DNA from: Bdellovibrionota bacterium
GTDB lineage: Bacteria; Bdellovibrionota_C; UBA2361; JAAYZI01
Direction of reading: 5' to 3'
Length of the DNA: 64,000 nt
NCBI GenBank assembly: GCA_050950765.1
Contig: JBMNIF010000002.1
Coordinates: 288,001 to 352,000, forward strand
The position numbers and the translations under genes are program-made. This document shows, one piece after another, positions 9,993 to 20,012 of the stretch. The notes under the pieces are model-generated. The model had not been told where the DNA came from. It saw nothing but the letters and a program-made list of their open reading frames with translations, and ran no database searches. Every line of letters begins with the position of its first letter. The stretch's first letter is position 1.

Positions 9993-10798
9993 CCTTCGCC
10001 TCCTCGACGACGAAGAGACATCACACCACGCTCTGAATTAAGAATAAATTGAATAAAGGCGTTAGCTAACGGTTCATCACCATACTTCTCCTGTGCTAGC
10101 GCTAAACGTTGACTCATAGTTTTTGAACCCATAAAGATCTCTCTAAAGAGTCTGCGAATCAACTGAATCTGTTCAGGACTAAAGCCGTGTCTTTCAAGCC
10201 CAATCTGATTAATACCGACAAGCCCAGCGTGGTCTCCGTGTGTAATACAGTACGGCGGAACATCTTTTCCCACCATACTACCGCCACCAAGCATTGAAAA
10301 ATCACCAACTTTTACAAACTGATGAATCCCACACAACCCACCAACAATAACATTATTACCAACTGTAACATGCCCAGCCAGTGCGCAAGAATTGGCAAAC
10401 ACATTATTATTCCCAACTATTCCATCATGCCCGATATGGCTATACACCATAAAAAGATTATTGTTACCAACTTTTGTGAAGCCATGACCACCAGCAGTAC
10501 CTGGTTGCAACGTAGCATATTCACGAATAATATTTTTATCACCGATCTCTAAAAGAGTATCTTCTCCTTTATATTTCAGATCTTGTGGTGCAGCACCGAT
10601 AGACGCAAATTGAAAGATATTATTCCCTTCTCCAATTGTAGTACGTCCATCAATCACAACGTGAGAAGCGACTCTAGTCCCCTTACCTATCGTAACTTTT
10701 GCACCAATTACGCTATACGCTCCAACTGTAACATCATCAGCAATGGTAGCTCCATCAGCAATTATCGCCGTCGGATGTATATTCTTTGAATTCGACAT
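9989..10798 (-). CDS. lpxA: Acyl-ACP--UDP-N-acetylglucosamine O-acyltransferase
   Basis: IHPTAII, hexapeptide repeats, PQDLKYKGE, HIGHD, LAGHV, IHQF. Confidence 0.97.
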   Translation of the reverse strand: MSNSKNIHPTAIIADGATIADDVTVGAYSVIGAKVTIGKGTRVASHVVIDGRTTIGEGNNIFQFASIGAAPQDLKYKGEDTLLEIGDKNIIREYATLQPGTAGGHGFTKVGNNNLFMVYSHIGHDGIVGNNNVFANSCALAGHVTVGNNVIVGGLCGIHQFVKVGDFSMLGGGSMVGKDVPPYCITHGDHAGLVGINQIGLERHGFSPEQIQLIRRLFREIFMGSKTMSQRLALAQEKYGDEPLANAFIQFILNSERGVMSLRRRGGEG

Positions 10799-10813
10799 AA
10801 TTTATTCTCCGAC

Positions 10814-11263
10814 TTAATCAATCTCTGAAACCATAGCGCTCAACTCACCACCTGCAACAAAAGTTCCATCAACCGTAGCTTCTGTCTGCACTACCCACAT
10901 ATGACGACGCCTTTTTAAAAACTTAACTTCGATCCTAAGCGTATCACCTGGGATAACCATTTTTTTCCAACGAAAGTTATTAACACCCACAAAATAAACC
11001 AATTTATTACTATCAACATCGTCTGCCATCTTCGCTAAAATAGCAGCAGCTTGTGCCATCGCCTCCATCACAAGCACCCCCGGCATCACAGATTTATTGG
11101 GGAAATGTCCATTAAAAAATTCTTCATTTGCTGTAACGTTTTTTATCGCAACAACACTTTCATCTTTTTTATACTCTATGACCTTATCAATTAATAAAAA
11201 CGGATACCGATGGGGTAAGATCCTCTTTATCTCTTCTATATCAAAAATAACTTCCTGACTCAT
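10814..11263 (-). CDS. fabZ: 3-hydroxyacyl-ACP dehydratase
   Basis: LPHRYPFLLID, KNVTANEEFFNGHFP, MPGVLVMEAMAQ. Confidence 0.97.
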   Translation of the reverse strand: MSQEVIFDIEEIKRILPHRYPFLLIDKVIEYKKDESVVAIKNVTANEEFFNGHFPNKSVMPGVLVMEAMAQAAAILAKMADDVDSNKLVYFVGVNNFRWKKMVIPGDTLRIEVKFLKRRRHMWVVQTEATVDGTFVAGGELSAMVSEID

Positions 11264-11276
11264 ACTTTCCTCTTTT

Positions 11277-11804
11277 TTAACGACGTTGATCTAACAACTT
11301 AATAACCTTATCAGTTAAATCTAAACGTTCTTCAGCGTACACTATCAGGTGTTGCCCACGCTCAAGAACAAAACGATATCCCTCTTCTTTACACAGTTTT
11401 TTAATTACATTCTGCGTTTCATTAGCAATCTGTTCAACAAGAGAATTATTTCTTCTGGCAAGCTCTTGCATTTTTTTCGAAATCGCTTGTCGTAATTTTT
11501 GATCCTCTCTTCTAATCTCCTCTTGCTTAGCCTGTAAAGCACTCTTCGACAAAACCGCTGCCTGCTTTTTTAACGATTCATGCATCGCTCTAACGGCAGC
11601 CTGTTGTTTTTCAAGCTCAGCCTTCTGTTTTTTAGCATCTGCTTCAAAATTAGCCCTCGCCGCCTTTCCCCGTGCAGACTCCATCACCACTCGCTGCATA
11701 TCAACAAAATAGATGGTATTATCAGCAAAAGACTCACTTGGAAGCATGGCGATATATGCTACCAACAAAAGTAAGCTCCGAAGAGATCTAATACCCAGCT
11801 TCAT
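11277..11804 (-). CDS. skp: OmpH/Skp periplasmic chaperone
   Basis: Signal peptide, FVDMQRVV, coiled coil, DLTDKVIK; directly downstream of bamA. Confidence 0.9.
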   Translation of the reverse strand: MKLGIRSLRSLLLLVAYIAMLPSESFADNTIYFVDMQRVVMESARGKAARANFEADAKKQKAELEKQQAAVRAMHESLKKQAAVLSKSALQAKQEEIRREDQKLRQAISKKMQELARRNNSLVEQIANETQNVIKKLCKEEGYRFVLERGQHLIVYAEERLDLTDKVIKLLDQRR

Positions 11805-11940
11805 AAGCTATTTCCTCAATAAAAACAAAGCACTACTAAGCGCCAAAAAGTATATTGTATGACCTATATAATTGCAAACATTTAGGAATAGCAGCAGAAA
11901 CAACTATTCCACTATCCTAAAAAGCTTGTTTATTACTCTT

Positions 11941-14238
11941 TTAAAGCGGAGCTCCAAAGGAGAATTGTGTAACCATCGAATCTTCGCCCTTTTCTCTATC
12001 GATTGGGAAACCGAACTCTATCCTGATCGGTCCCAGCGGAGATGCCCAACGTAACCCCACACCGTAAGCCTCTCTTAAATCTCCCAGATCTAAACTTTCA
12101 TCATCATCAAAAGCTTGCCCCATATCGTAAAAGATGACTCCTTTCAATCCGGCAGAATTAACAATTGGAAAGATAATTTCTAAATTATTAACAAACTGTT
12201 TATTGCCACCATATTCATTTCCATCTTCGTCTTTAGGCCCTAATGTCCTATCATCAAAACCACGCACGGAATTTATCCCTCCTGGGAAGAAACGTCGGAA
12301 CAACGGAAACTCATCATCACTATCATAGGTTTTACCGTACCCGAAACGAAACCTCCATGAAAAAACCAGATCGCCCCATTCATCACTACGATAAATCGGC
12401 TGATACCATTGATTATGCACCTGCGCCAACCAGAACTCTTCAGAACCGCCCAATCCAGAAAGCTCAATTTCAGCAATCTGCCTAGATCCTTTTGTCGGGT
12501 TTATCGGATTGTTGATAGTATTACGCGTTAACTTGGGAGTAATAGAAGAGGAGGAAGAGGTGCCTTCAGATCTTAAAACAAGTGGCGCAGCGCTTTCATA
12601 ATTTATATCACTGATCTCGATATCTAAATACTCATATCTCATAGAATAGGAGATATCTTCTGCCCACTCACCGAAAGCCTCCTCTAACGGATAACTGGCG
12701 GTCACACCACCACCCATTAATTGTCTGTCAAAATCCGAAAACTCACGATCTGTTTTTAATAAATCAGCCCCCAATCCCCAGTAAGTATCATTAAAACGGC
12801 GATCATGCGCAGATAAGACGATATTATCGCGTTCCGTCCCCATATCTACATTTAATGACAACTGCCGCCCTGTTCCAAGAAAATTATTTTCGGATAAGCG
12901 CATATTAAAAAGAGCGCCATCAGAACTGGAGAATCCAGCACCAACACTAAAAGCCCCTGTGGAACCCTCTCTAACATTAACATCAAGATTTACCTCATCA
13001 TCCCTTTTAGTTTGCTCCGTAGTGATATTCACCTCTTCAAAATATCCCAACCTCTCGAGGAGAGTTTTGCTACGTTTGATCTTTGTTCCGGAGTAGATAT
13101 CTTGTTCATGAATTTTCAATTCACGTCTAATCACGTTATCGTAAGTCTTATTGTTACCGTGAATAACTATTTTATTAACCTTAACGGGCTTTCCTTTATT
13201 AACATTAAAATTAACATTAACTGTATTACGCTCACGATCGACAGCTGTGTTAGGAACCACGTTAACGTAGGCGTAACCGATATCAGAAAACTTCTCACTG
13301 ATCTTAAAAGCATCATTTCTAAGTGCGGTTGCACAAAAAGTATCGCCTGGTTCTGATTTAATACCTTTTAAAGTCTTTTCAGCAGAATAATCTATTAAGT
13401 CACCACTAACAGAGAGCCTTCCAACTTTATAAACTGCACCCTCAACGACATCAAAAACAACGATCAATCCAGCATCATCCTCAATCTTTTCAACAGCAGC
13501 TTCACTTACCTGCGCATCAATCAAACCATTATCAAAAAGGAACTGTTTGATAATATTGCGATCATTCTCCAGAGCATCTTTACTTAAACGACCTGTTGAA
13601 AACAACCACGAGTTCCACCACTTATAACGTTTAGTGGCCATCTTATCCCGCAGATCATCTTCATCTACTGTTTCTAAACCTCTAATTTCGACTTTCCTAA
13701 CTTTATAACGAGGACCTTCCACGACGGTGAACGTCACATCTACCTGATTCTCTCCAACAACGACCACAGAGTGTTCAAACGAAGCATCAAAATATCCACG
13801 TGTTTGATAAAATGCGATAGCTTTTCTAATTAAAGCACTAATGGCAGTTTTATCGACAAACCGTTTTTCACCGAAAGTCATTACTTCTGCCAACTCACTT
13901 TCTGAAATTCCTTCGTTACCTTTGATAAAAACCTTATGCGCAACAGGTTTTTCAATAACAGTATACTTTAAAACTTTACCACGAGGTTCCGTAACTATCG
14001 AAGCTGTGACCTGTTCAAAAAATCCTGTTTTGTAAAGCACCCTGATGTTGTTATCAATATCATCAGAAGAGATTGAACCGACTTTCTTTTTTATATTCTT
14101 GGTAATCGCTTCCGTATCAATCCGACGGTTACCCTCAACAGTAACCCCGACAATATTATATAAGGTGTCGTCAGCAAAACAGACCTGCCCTGCCAATAGA
14201 AACATTACAAGAAGACAAAGCATTCCCCTTATTTTCAT
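11941..14238 (-). CDS. bamA: Outer membrane protein assembly factor BamA
   Basis: POTRA repeats (VEGNRRI, GNNKTYDNVIRRE), SVRGF motif, C-terminal F-rich strand; start at ATG 14238 overlapping the lolD stop. Confidence 0.96.
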   Translation of the reverse strand: MKIRGMLCLLVMFLLAGQVCFADDTLYNIVGVTVEGNRRIDTEAITKNIKKKVGSISSDDIDNNIRVLYKTGFFEQVTASIVTEPRGKVLKYTVIEKPVAHKVFIKGNEGISESELAEVMTFGEKRFVDKTAISALIRKAIAFYQTRGYFDASFEHSVVVVGENQVDVTFTVVEGPRYKVRKVEIRGLETVDEDDLRDKMATKRYKWWNSWLFSTGRLSKDALENDRNIIKQFLFDNGLIDAQVSEAAVEKIEDDAGLIVVFDVVEGAVYKVGRLSVSGDLIDYSAEKTLKGIKSEPGDTFCATALRNDAFKISEKFSDIGYAYVNVVPNTAVDRERNTVNVNFNVNKGKPVKVNKIVIHGNNKTYDNVIRRELKIHEQDIYSGTKIKRSKTLLERLGYFEEVNITTEQTKRDDEVNLDVNVREGSTGAFSVGAGFSSSDGALFNMRLSENNFLGTGRQLSLNVDMGTERDNIVLSAHDRRFNDTYWGLGADLLKTDREFSDFDRQLMGGGVTASYPLEEAFGEWAEDISYSMRYEYLDIEISDINYESAAPLVLRSEGTSSSSSITPKLTRNTINNPINPTKGSRQIAEIELSGLGGSEEFWLAQVHNQWYQPIYRSDEWGDLVFSWRFRFGYGKTYDSDDEFPLFRRFFPGGINSVRGFDDRTLGPKDEDGNEYGGNKQFVNNLEIIFPIVNSAGLKGVIFYDMGQAFDDDESLDLGDLREAYGVGLRWASPLGPIRIEFGFPIDREKGEDSMVTQFSFGAPL

Positions 14239-14924
14239 TGCGCACGCCTCCCCCAAGTTATTAGGTCTCCCCCTGGCATCATCTCAAATACATCATCCAT
14301 ATTTTCCGCTAAATCGTGGCTATGTGTTGCTACTATCAAGGTACTTCCCACCGATTTATTCAGATCACACAAAAGTCTTTCTATCTCTTTTGCTGTCTTA
14401 ACATCAAGGTTACCCGTCGGCTCATCTGCCAACACCACATCGGGAGTATTAATCAGTGCTCTAGCAACTGCAACTCTCTGCTGCTCCCCCCCAGAAAGTT
14501 GTGACGGACGGTGAGTTGCTCTATCTAAGAGACCGACTTTCTTTAAGATCTCCTTTCCTCGCTCGATAGCCTTCCCCTCACTCTCTCCCGCTAGTAGAAG
14601 CGGCATATAGACATTTTCTAAAGCTGAGAATTCCGGCAGAAGGTGATGAAATTGAAAGATAAACCCTACATGTTTAGCCCTAAAAGCCGCTAAACCGTCT
14701 GGTGATAAGGTGCAGATATTCTGTTCATCGTACCAGATAGCCCCAGAATTCGGCAGATCCAACCCACCCAGAAGATGCAGCAAAGTTGACTTTCCGATAC
14801 CAGACGCACCAAGCAACGCCACTGTCCGACCCTCCGGAAAGGTAAAATTTAAAGACTCAATTACTGTCAAGGTGCGATCAGCATCGAGGTAAGACCTATG
14901 CAGATTAGAAACTGTTATCTCCAA
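14235..14924 (-). CDS. lolD: Lipoprotein-releasing ABC transporter ATP-binding protein
   Basis: GASGIGKSTLLHLLGGLD, GFIFQFHHLLPEF, LSGGEQQR, ADEPTGNLD; TTG start preceded by GGGAGG. Confidence 0.93.
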   Translation of the reverse strand: MEITVSNLHRSYLDADRTLTVIESLNFTFPEGRTVALLGASGIGKSTLLHLLGGLDLPNSGAIWYDEQNICTLSPDGLAAFRAKHVGFIFQFHHLLPEFSALENVYMPLLLAGESEGKAIERGKEILKKVGLLDRATHRPSQLSGGEQQRVAVARALINTPDVVLADEPTGNLDVKTAKEIERLLCDLNKSVGSTLIVATHSHDLAENMDDVFEMMPGGDLITWGRRAQ

Positions 14925-14966
14925 TTCAGACCTCCCTTATTGAAGTTACAAGTATTTTTATCTTCT

Positions 14967-16250
14967 TTACTCATAACGTAACACCTCAGAAGGCGACAAG
15001 CGGCTGGCTCTCCAAGCAGGATAAATCGTCGAAACACAGCAGATTAAAAACGCTGAAACAGCCACAACTGCAAAATTAAAAAACTCTAATCTGACAGGCA
15101 CTGTCGTCGTTGGAAAAACACCTTCCGGCAATTGAAAACCGTACTCTCGTAATAGAACAGCACCCAAATATCCACCAACCGTACCGAGAACGGTACCAAC
15201 CGCTCCGATAATTGCCCCCTGCATCCTAAATATATTTGCCACGCTACTTGTAGTCGCCCCTAAGGTGCGTAACACGGCGATATCTTTACGCTTTTCTATT
15301 ACGATCATAATAAGAGCTGAAATAATGGTAAAGCTGGCTAAAACGATTAATAGTAAAAGTACGATAAAATAAACCGTCTCTTCTAACTGTAACGCCTCCC
15401 AAAGCTCCTTATTACGATTCTTCCAGTCTTGAGTGTAATAACCGCCACCTGGTAAAGTAGATAGAGCTTCATTAATGCGCTGCGCTGTTTCTGGAGCAAG
15501 GTCAATATTATTTACCGCCACATCCAAACCTGTAACGGTATCTCCGATCCTAAAGAACTTCTGCGCCGTCTCCAATCCGACATAAACTAACGTTTCTTCA
15601 TAACCCGCCATGCCCGATTTGTAGACACCTGAGACTGCAAAACGTTTAAAGCGCGGCACCAGTCCGAACGGACTTGAAGAGACTTGCGGACTAAGTAAGG
15701 AGACCGGTTCTCCGGCAAAAATTGAAAGTGCCTTCGCCAACTCCCTTCCGATAATTAAAGCTGGCAACTCAGCGACCTCTTTTTTACCGTTAGATAAAAA
15801 GACATCTATCTTCTGCGATGAAAAAAGGGTCTCAATATCAAACCCCGCCTCTAAGTATCCCGCGAGCTCCTCAGCTGCAACGCTATCTTTTTCCACTCCA
15901 CGAATAATAAGCCCCCGCGCCCGACCATCCATACTGAGTAAAGCTTGGTGTTGCGTAAACGGTGAAACAGTTTTGACATCAGGAACTTCTAAAACTTTTT
16001 TAGAAACCTCTCGCCAATCTCTAATAACACCACCAACTCTTAAAACTTGAACATGCGTATTTCCGACGATCTTTTTACGCAACTCATCTTCGAAACCACT
16101 CATGATGGCCATCGTCATATTTAAAACGATCACACCGATAGCTACCCCTAGTACTGCGATGATCGTAATAATAGTGATAAAAGCCTCTGATCTTTTTGAC
16201 CACAGATAACGCATCGCAATCTTACGCGAGAATCGCAGTGATGACATCAC
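14967..16250 (-). CDS. lolC: Lipoprotein-releasing ABC transporter permease LolC/E
   Basis: Four-TM FtsX-type permease; IMSGFE, EKRKDIAVLRTLGA, YPAWRASRLSPSEVLRYE. Confidence 0.9.
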   Translation of the reverse strand: MMSSLRFSRKIAMRYLWSKRSEAFITIITIIAVLGVAIGVIVLNMTMAIMSGFEDELRKKIVGNTHVQVLRVGGVIRDWREVSKKVLEVPDVKTVSPFTQHQALLSMDGRARGLIIRGVEKDSVAAEELAGYLEAGFDIETLFSSQKIDVFLSNGKKEVAELPALIIGRELAKALSIFAGEPVSLLSPQVSSSPFGLVPRFKRFAVSGVYKSGMAGYEETLVYVGLETAQKFFRIGDTVTGLDVAVNNIDLAPETAQRINEALSTLPGGGYYTQDWKNRNKELWEALQLEETVYFIVLLLLIVLASFTIISALIMIVIEKRKDIAVLRTLGATTSSVANIFRMQGAIIGAVGTVLGTVGGYLGAVLLREYGFQLPEGVFPTTTVPVRLEFFNFAVVAVSAFLICCVSTIYPAWRASRLSPSEVLRYE

Positions 16251-17755
16251 CCCTCCACTTTTTCATCAGACACTTGAGTAGTATCCGTTAACGGTTTTAA
16301 TTGTGGGAAGAGCAAAACATCCCTAATAGTTGGCGAATCAGTCAGCAACATCACCAACCTATCGATACCGATCCCTTCACCTGCCGTTGGCGGCATACCG
16401 TATTCCAAAGCTCTTAAGAAATCTTCTTCAATCTCTTGCGCCTCTTCATCGCCTTTACGTTTTCTCTCAGCTTGTGCTTCAAAACGTGCTCGTTGATCTT
16501 CCGCATCATTTAACTCAGAGAACGCATTGACCAACTCCATCCCTGCTACAATCACTTCAAAGCGGTCTGTGACATCTGGATTTTGTTGATTTTTTCTGGC
16601 AAGTGGCGAAATTGAAAACGGATGATGCGTAATAAAGACCGGATTAACGATCTTATGTTCAACCAATTCACCCCACAAAGCATCCACGCACCGTCCCCAA
16701 TCTTGTGGCTCCGGCAACTCTACCTTATATTTTTCCGCAGCGGCATGCACCCCCTCAAGGGTATTCAGATCGAAGGTGCGTTCAACACCACCGATCTCAT
16801 AAATAGAATCAACCATAGAAACGACCTGCCACGGCGGAGTGAAATCTATCTCCTTATCTCCGAACTTAACTTTCAAGGTGCCATTAACTTTCTGACAGAT
16901 CCGTGACAACATCTCTTCAGTAAGTTTCATTAAATCTTCATAAGTTGCATAGGCGTGATAGAACTCCACCATTGTGAATTCCGGATTGTGTTTTTTGGAG
17001 AGCCCCTCATTTCTAAAAACTCTACCTATTTCATAAACTCTCTCGATACCGCCCACTACCAACTTTTTGAGGGGTAACTCTAATGAAATTCTAAGATTCA
17101 TATCAGCATGCAAAGCGTTATAATGCGTGCTAAAGGGTCTCGCATCTGCTCCGCCTGCGATATTATTAAGAACAGGAGTCTCTACCTCCACAAAATCATG
17201 CTCATTAAGAAATGCTCTTAACTCATTAATGATCTTAGCGCGCTTAATAAAGATCTCGCGCACTTCAGTATTTGAGATTAAATCCACATAGCGATAACGG
17301 TAACGTGCTTCAACATCAGTTAAACCGTGAAATTTCTCAGGTAGCGGAATCATGGATTTCGTCAACAATCTTACCTGCTCAACAAGTAATGTTTTTTCTC
17401 CTGTCTTTGTAAGAAAAACGTAACCGCTAACGCCGATAATATCGCCGATATCAAACTTTTTAACTTCTGCAAACGATTCCTCACCAACGATATCTTTTTT
17501 TATATAGAGTTGTAATTTACCTTTACGATCAAGGATGTGCGCAAATATCGCTTTTCCCATAACACGCATCTGCACCAAACGCCCCGCAACGGTTAGACGT
17601 GGCGCTTTTTCAACATCCTCGACGATAGTACTATTTAATACATCAGCCGTATTTGATGTTATCTGCATATCGTTAGGGAAGGCGAAGCCGTTAGCCCTCA
17701 GTTCTTGCAACTTCGCTATCCGCACCAGTTCCTGTTCAGATCGTTCTTCTGCCAT
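16247..17755 (-). CDS. lysS: Lysine--tRNA ligase (class II)
   Basis: PEKFHGLTDVEARYRYRYVDL, GGADARPF, FRNEG, HNPEFT, YGMPPTAGEGIGIDRL. Confidence 0.98.
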   Translation of the reverse strand: MAEERSEQELVRIAKLQELRANGFAFPNDMQITSNTADVLNSTIVEDVEKAPRLTVAGRLVQMRVMGKAIFAHILDRKGKLQLYIKKDIVGEESFAEVKKFDIGDIIGVSGYVFLTKTGEKTLLVEQVRLLTKSMIPLPEKFHGLTDVEARYRYRYVDLISNTEVREIFIKRAKIINELRAFLNEHDFVEVETPVLNNIAGGADARPFSTHYNALHADMNLRISLELPLKKLVVGGIERVYEIGRVFRNEGLSKKHNPEFTMVEFYHAYATYEDLMKLTEEMLSRICQKVNGTLKVKFGDKEIDFTPPWQVVSMVDSIYEIGGVERTFDLNTLEGVHAAAEKYKVELPEPQDWGRCVDALWGELVEHKIVNPVFITHHPFSISPLARKNQQNPDVTDRFEVIVAGMELVNAFSELNDAEDQRARFEAQAERKRKGDEEAQEIEEDFLRALEYGMPPTAGEGIGIDRLVMLLTDSPTIRDVLLFPQLKPLTDTTQVSDEKVEG

Positions 17756-17915
17756 TAGAGCACCTCAAAACTCAAACTAAATTCCTCGTATAATTATAAA
17801 ACATCTTGAATAGTTCTTTATTAGAACAAAATTAGCAAGTGTTTAAGGAAACAAATAAAAAAGAGTGCCAAGTTTTTTCTCCTCTCTCTTAAAGAGGTGT
17901 TTTAAGATCTTCTAA

Positions 17916-17960
17916 ACAAAAACACCTTCAAATACATAGCATTGAAAGGTGTTTTTTGTA
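17916..17960 (-). terminator. Probable intrinsic terminator after typA
   Basis: Inverted repeat AAAAACACCTT-CAA / TTG-AAAGGTGTTTTT with flanking A/T tracts. Confidence 0.6.
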
Positions 17961-18009
17961 GAAAACCTCTATATTATCCACTAAAAGACACTTTTTAATC
18001 TGTATCGCG

Positions 18010-19815
18010 CTATAACGTATGTTTGCGCAACACTGCTGGCAATACGGTTTTACGCAAACGAATACTTTGCGGTGTTACCTCCACCATCTCATCTTCTCGA
18101 ATAAAATCTATCGCTTTTTCTAAGGTCGGCGGAATAATTGGGGTTAAACGAACAGCTTCATCCTTTCCCGCTGCACGCATATTGGTCAACTTTTTAGTTT
18201 TGCACGGATTAACATTCAGGTCCGTATCACGACAATGTTCGCCAATAATCATTCCTTCATAAACTGGCATACCCGGTAAAATAAAGAGCTCCCCACGCGC
18301 CTCTAGATTCCAAAGAGCAAACGGCACGGCTTCGCCAGCACGATCAGAGACGAGAGAACCGGACTGACGTAACGGAAAATCTCCGCGATATTCTTCATAA
18401 CCTGAAAGGTAGGAGCTAAGGATTCCTGTTCCTCTGGTATCTGTCAAAAATTGATTGCGGTATCCGATTAACCCCCTTGATGGGATCGAAAACTCAATTC
18501 GAGCACGTCCCGAACCGTGATTAACCATCCCTATCAGATAGCCCTTCCTTTGAGATAATTTATCAGTCACAATTCCGACATAATTCTCATCACAATCGAT
18601 ATAAACGTGCTCAATCGGTTCAAGGCGTTTACCATCAACCTCTTTATATAACACCTCTGGACGCCCTACACTTAACTCAAATCCTTCACGGCGCATCGTT
18701 TCGATTAAAACTGCTAGCTGCATCTCACCACGCCCTTTCACGATAAAAGTATCGCTGACATCTCCACGTTCAACTTGCAGAGCAACATTAAAGAGCGTTT
18801 CTTTCTGTAAACGTTCCCAGATACGGGGCGCTTGCACAAAGCGACCTTCCTTACCTGATAACGGTGAAGTATTAGTAGTAAAACGCATCGCTACGGTGGG
18901 CTCTTCAACAGAAAGACGTGGCAATTGGATCGGATTTTCCTTAGTACAGATAGTATCGCCGATCTCCACCTCTTCAACACCGGCAAGAACGATAATCTCC
19001 CCTGGTTGCGCTGTATCAATCTCTACAAATTGCGGCCCATCATAAGCATGAAGCTTAACTACCCTAAGTGGCACCTCTCGATTATTACGATCTATGCGCA
19101 CTAAAGCATCCCCTGCATGTACATGACCACTAAAGATACGTCCGATAGCTAAGCGTCCGAGATAATCAGAATAGCCTAAATTAGCGACAAGCATCTGGAA
19201 CGGTTGATCTGGATCGTAAGATGGCGCAGGTATCTCTGAAACTATCGTCTCCATTAACGGTGTCAGATCTTTACCTTCCTCCGTAAGGGTACGCTGCGCA
19301 ATTCCAGATCTACCGATAGAGTACAAAACTGGAAAATCGATCTGTTCATCCGTAGCATCAAGGTCAATAAAGAGATCGTAGATCTCGTTTAAAACCTCTT
19401 CAGGTCGTGCATCTTGTCTATCAATCTTATTAACACAAACTATGATCTTTAAATTAGCTTCTAAAGCTTTTTTCAACACAAATCTGGTCTGTGGCAATGG
19501 GCCTTCTGCAGCATCAACCAACAAGACCACACCATCAACCATCATTAAAGCACGCTCTACTTCACCACCAAAATCAGCGTGACCAGGGGTATCTAAGATA
19601 TTTATTTTAATGCCATTCCAATGAACAGCACAATTTTTAGCTGAAATTGTGATCCCTTTTTCCCTTTCGAGATCCATATTATCCATAACTCGGTCTGTTG
19701 TAACTTGACCGACACGATAGATCCCACCCTGTTTGAACATATAGTCGACGAGTGTTGTTTTCCCGTGATCAACATGCGCAATAATTGCGATATTTCTTAA
19801 ATTTTTGTTTTGCAC
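18010..19815 (-). CDS. typA: Translational GTPase TypA/BipA
   Basis: RNIAIIAHVDHGKTT, DTPGHADFGGEVER, GRGEMQL, KKLTNMRA; start placed at GTG 19815 behind GAAGGTG (ORF track 19839). Confidence 0.97.
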   Translation of the reverse strand: MQNKNLRNIAIIAHVDHGKTTLVDYMFKQGGIYRVGQVTTDRVMDNMDLEREKGITISAKNCAVHWNGIKINILDTPGHADFGGEVERALMMVDGVVLLVDAAEGPLPQTRFVLKKALEANLKIIVCVNKIDRQDARPEEVLNEIYDLFIDLDATDEQIDFPVLYSIGRSGIAQRTLTEEGKDLTPLMETIVSEIPAPSYDPDQPFQMLVANLGYSDYLGRLAIGRIFSGHVHAGDALVRIDRNNREVPLRVVKLHAYDGPQFVEIDTAQPGEIIVLAGVEEVEIGDTICTKENPIQLPRLSVEEPTVAMRFTTNTSPLSGKEGRFVQAPRIWERLQKETLFNVALQVERGDVSDTFIVKGRGEMQLAVLIETMRREGFELSVGRPEVLYKEVDGKRLEPIEHVYIDCDENYVGIVTDKLSQRKGYLIGMVNHGSGRARIEFSIPSRGLIGYRNQFLTDTRGTGILSSYLSGYEEYRGDFPLRQSGSLVSDRAGEAVPFALWNLEARGELFILPGMPVYEGMIIGEHCRDTDLNVNPCKTKKLTNMRAAGKDEAVRLTPIIPPTLEKAIDFIREDEMVEVTPQSIRLRKTVLPAVLRKHTL

Positions 19816-20012
19816 TAATACACCTTCATTTAAATACACCTACTCGTGTATATCTTTTTAACGCCTCAAATTACTTAAGACGAAAAAGAAACGCCGACAC
19901 CGTGCTTTTCTATATAATGCTCTCTTAAACGGAGATGAAACATGATGCTCTGCGGTAAAAACCACTTAGGAGATCAGGAGTCAGAACGTTCATCTCTTTG
20001 GATAAAAACAGA

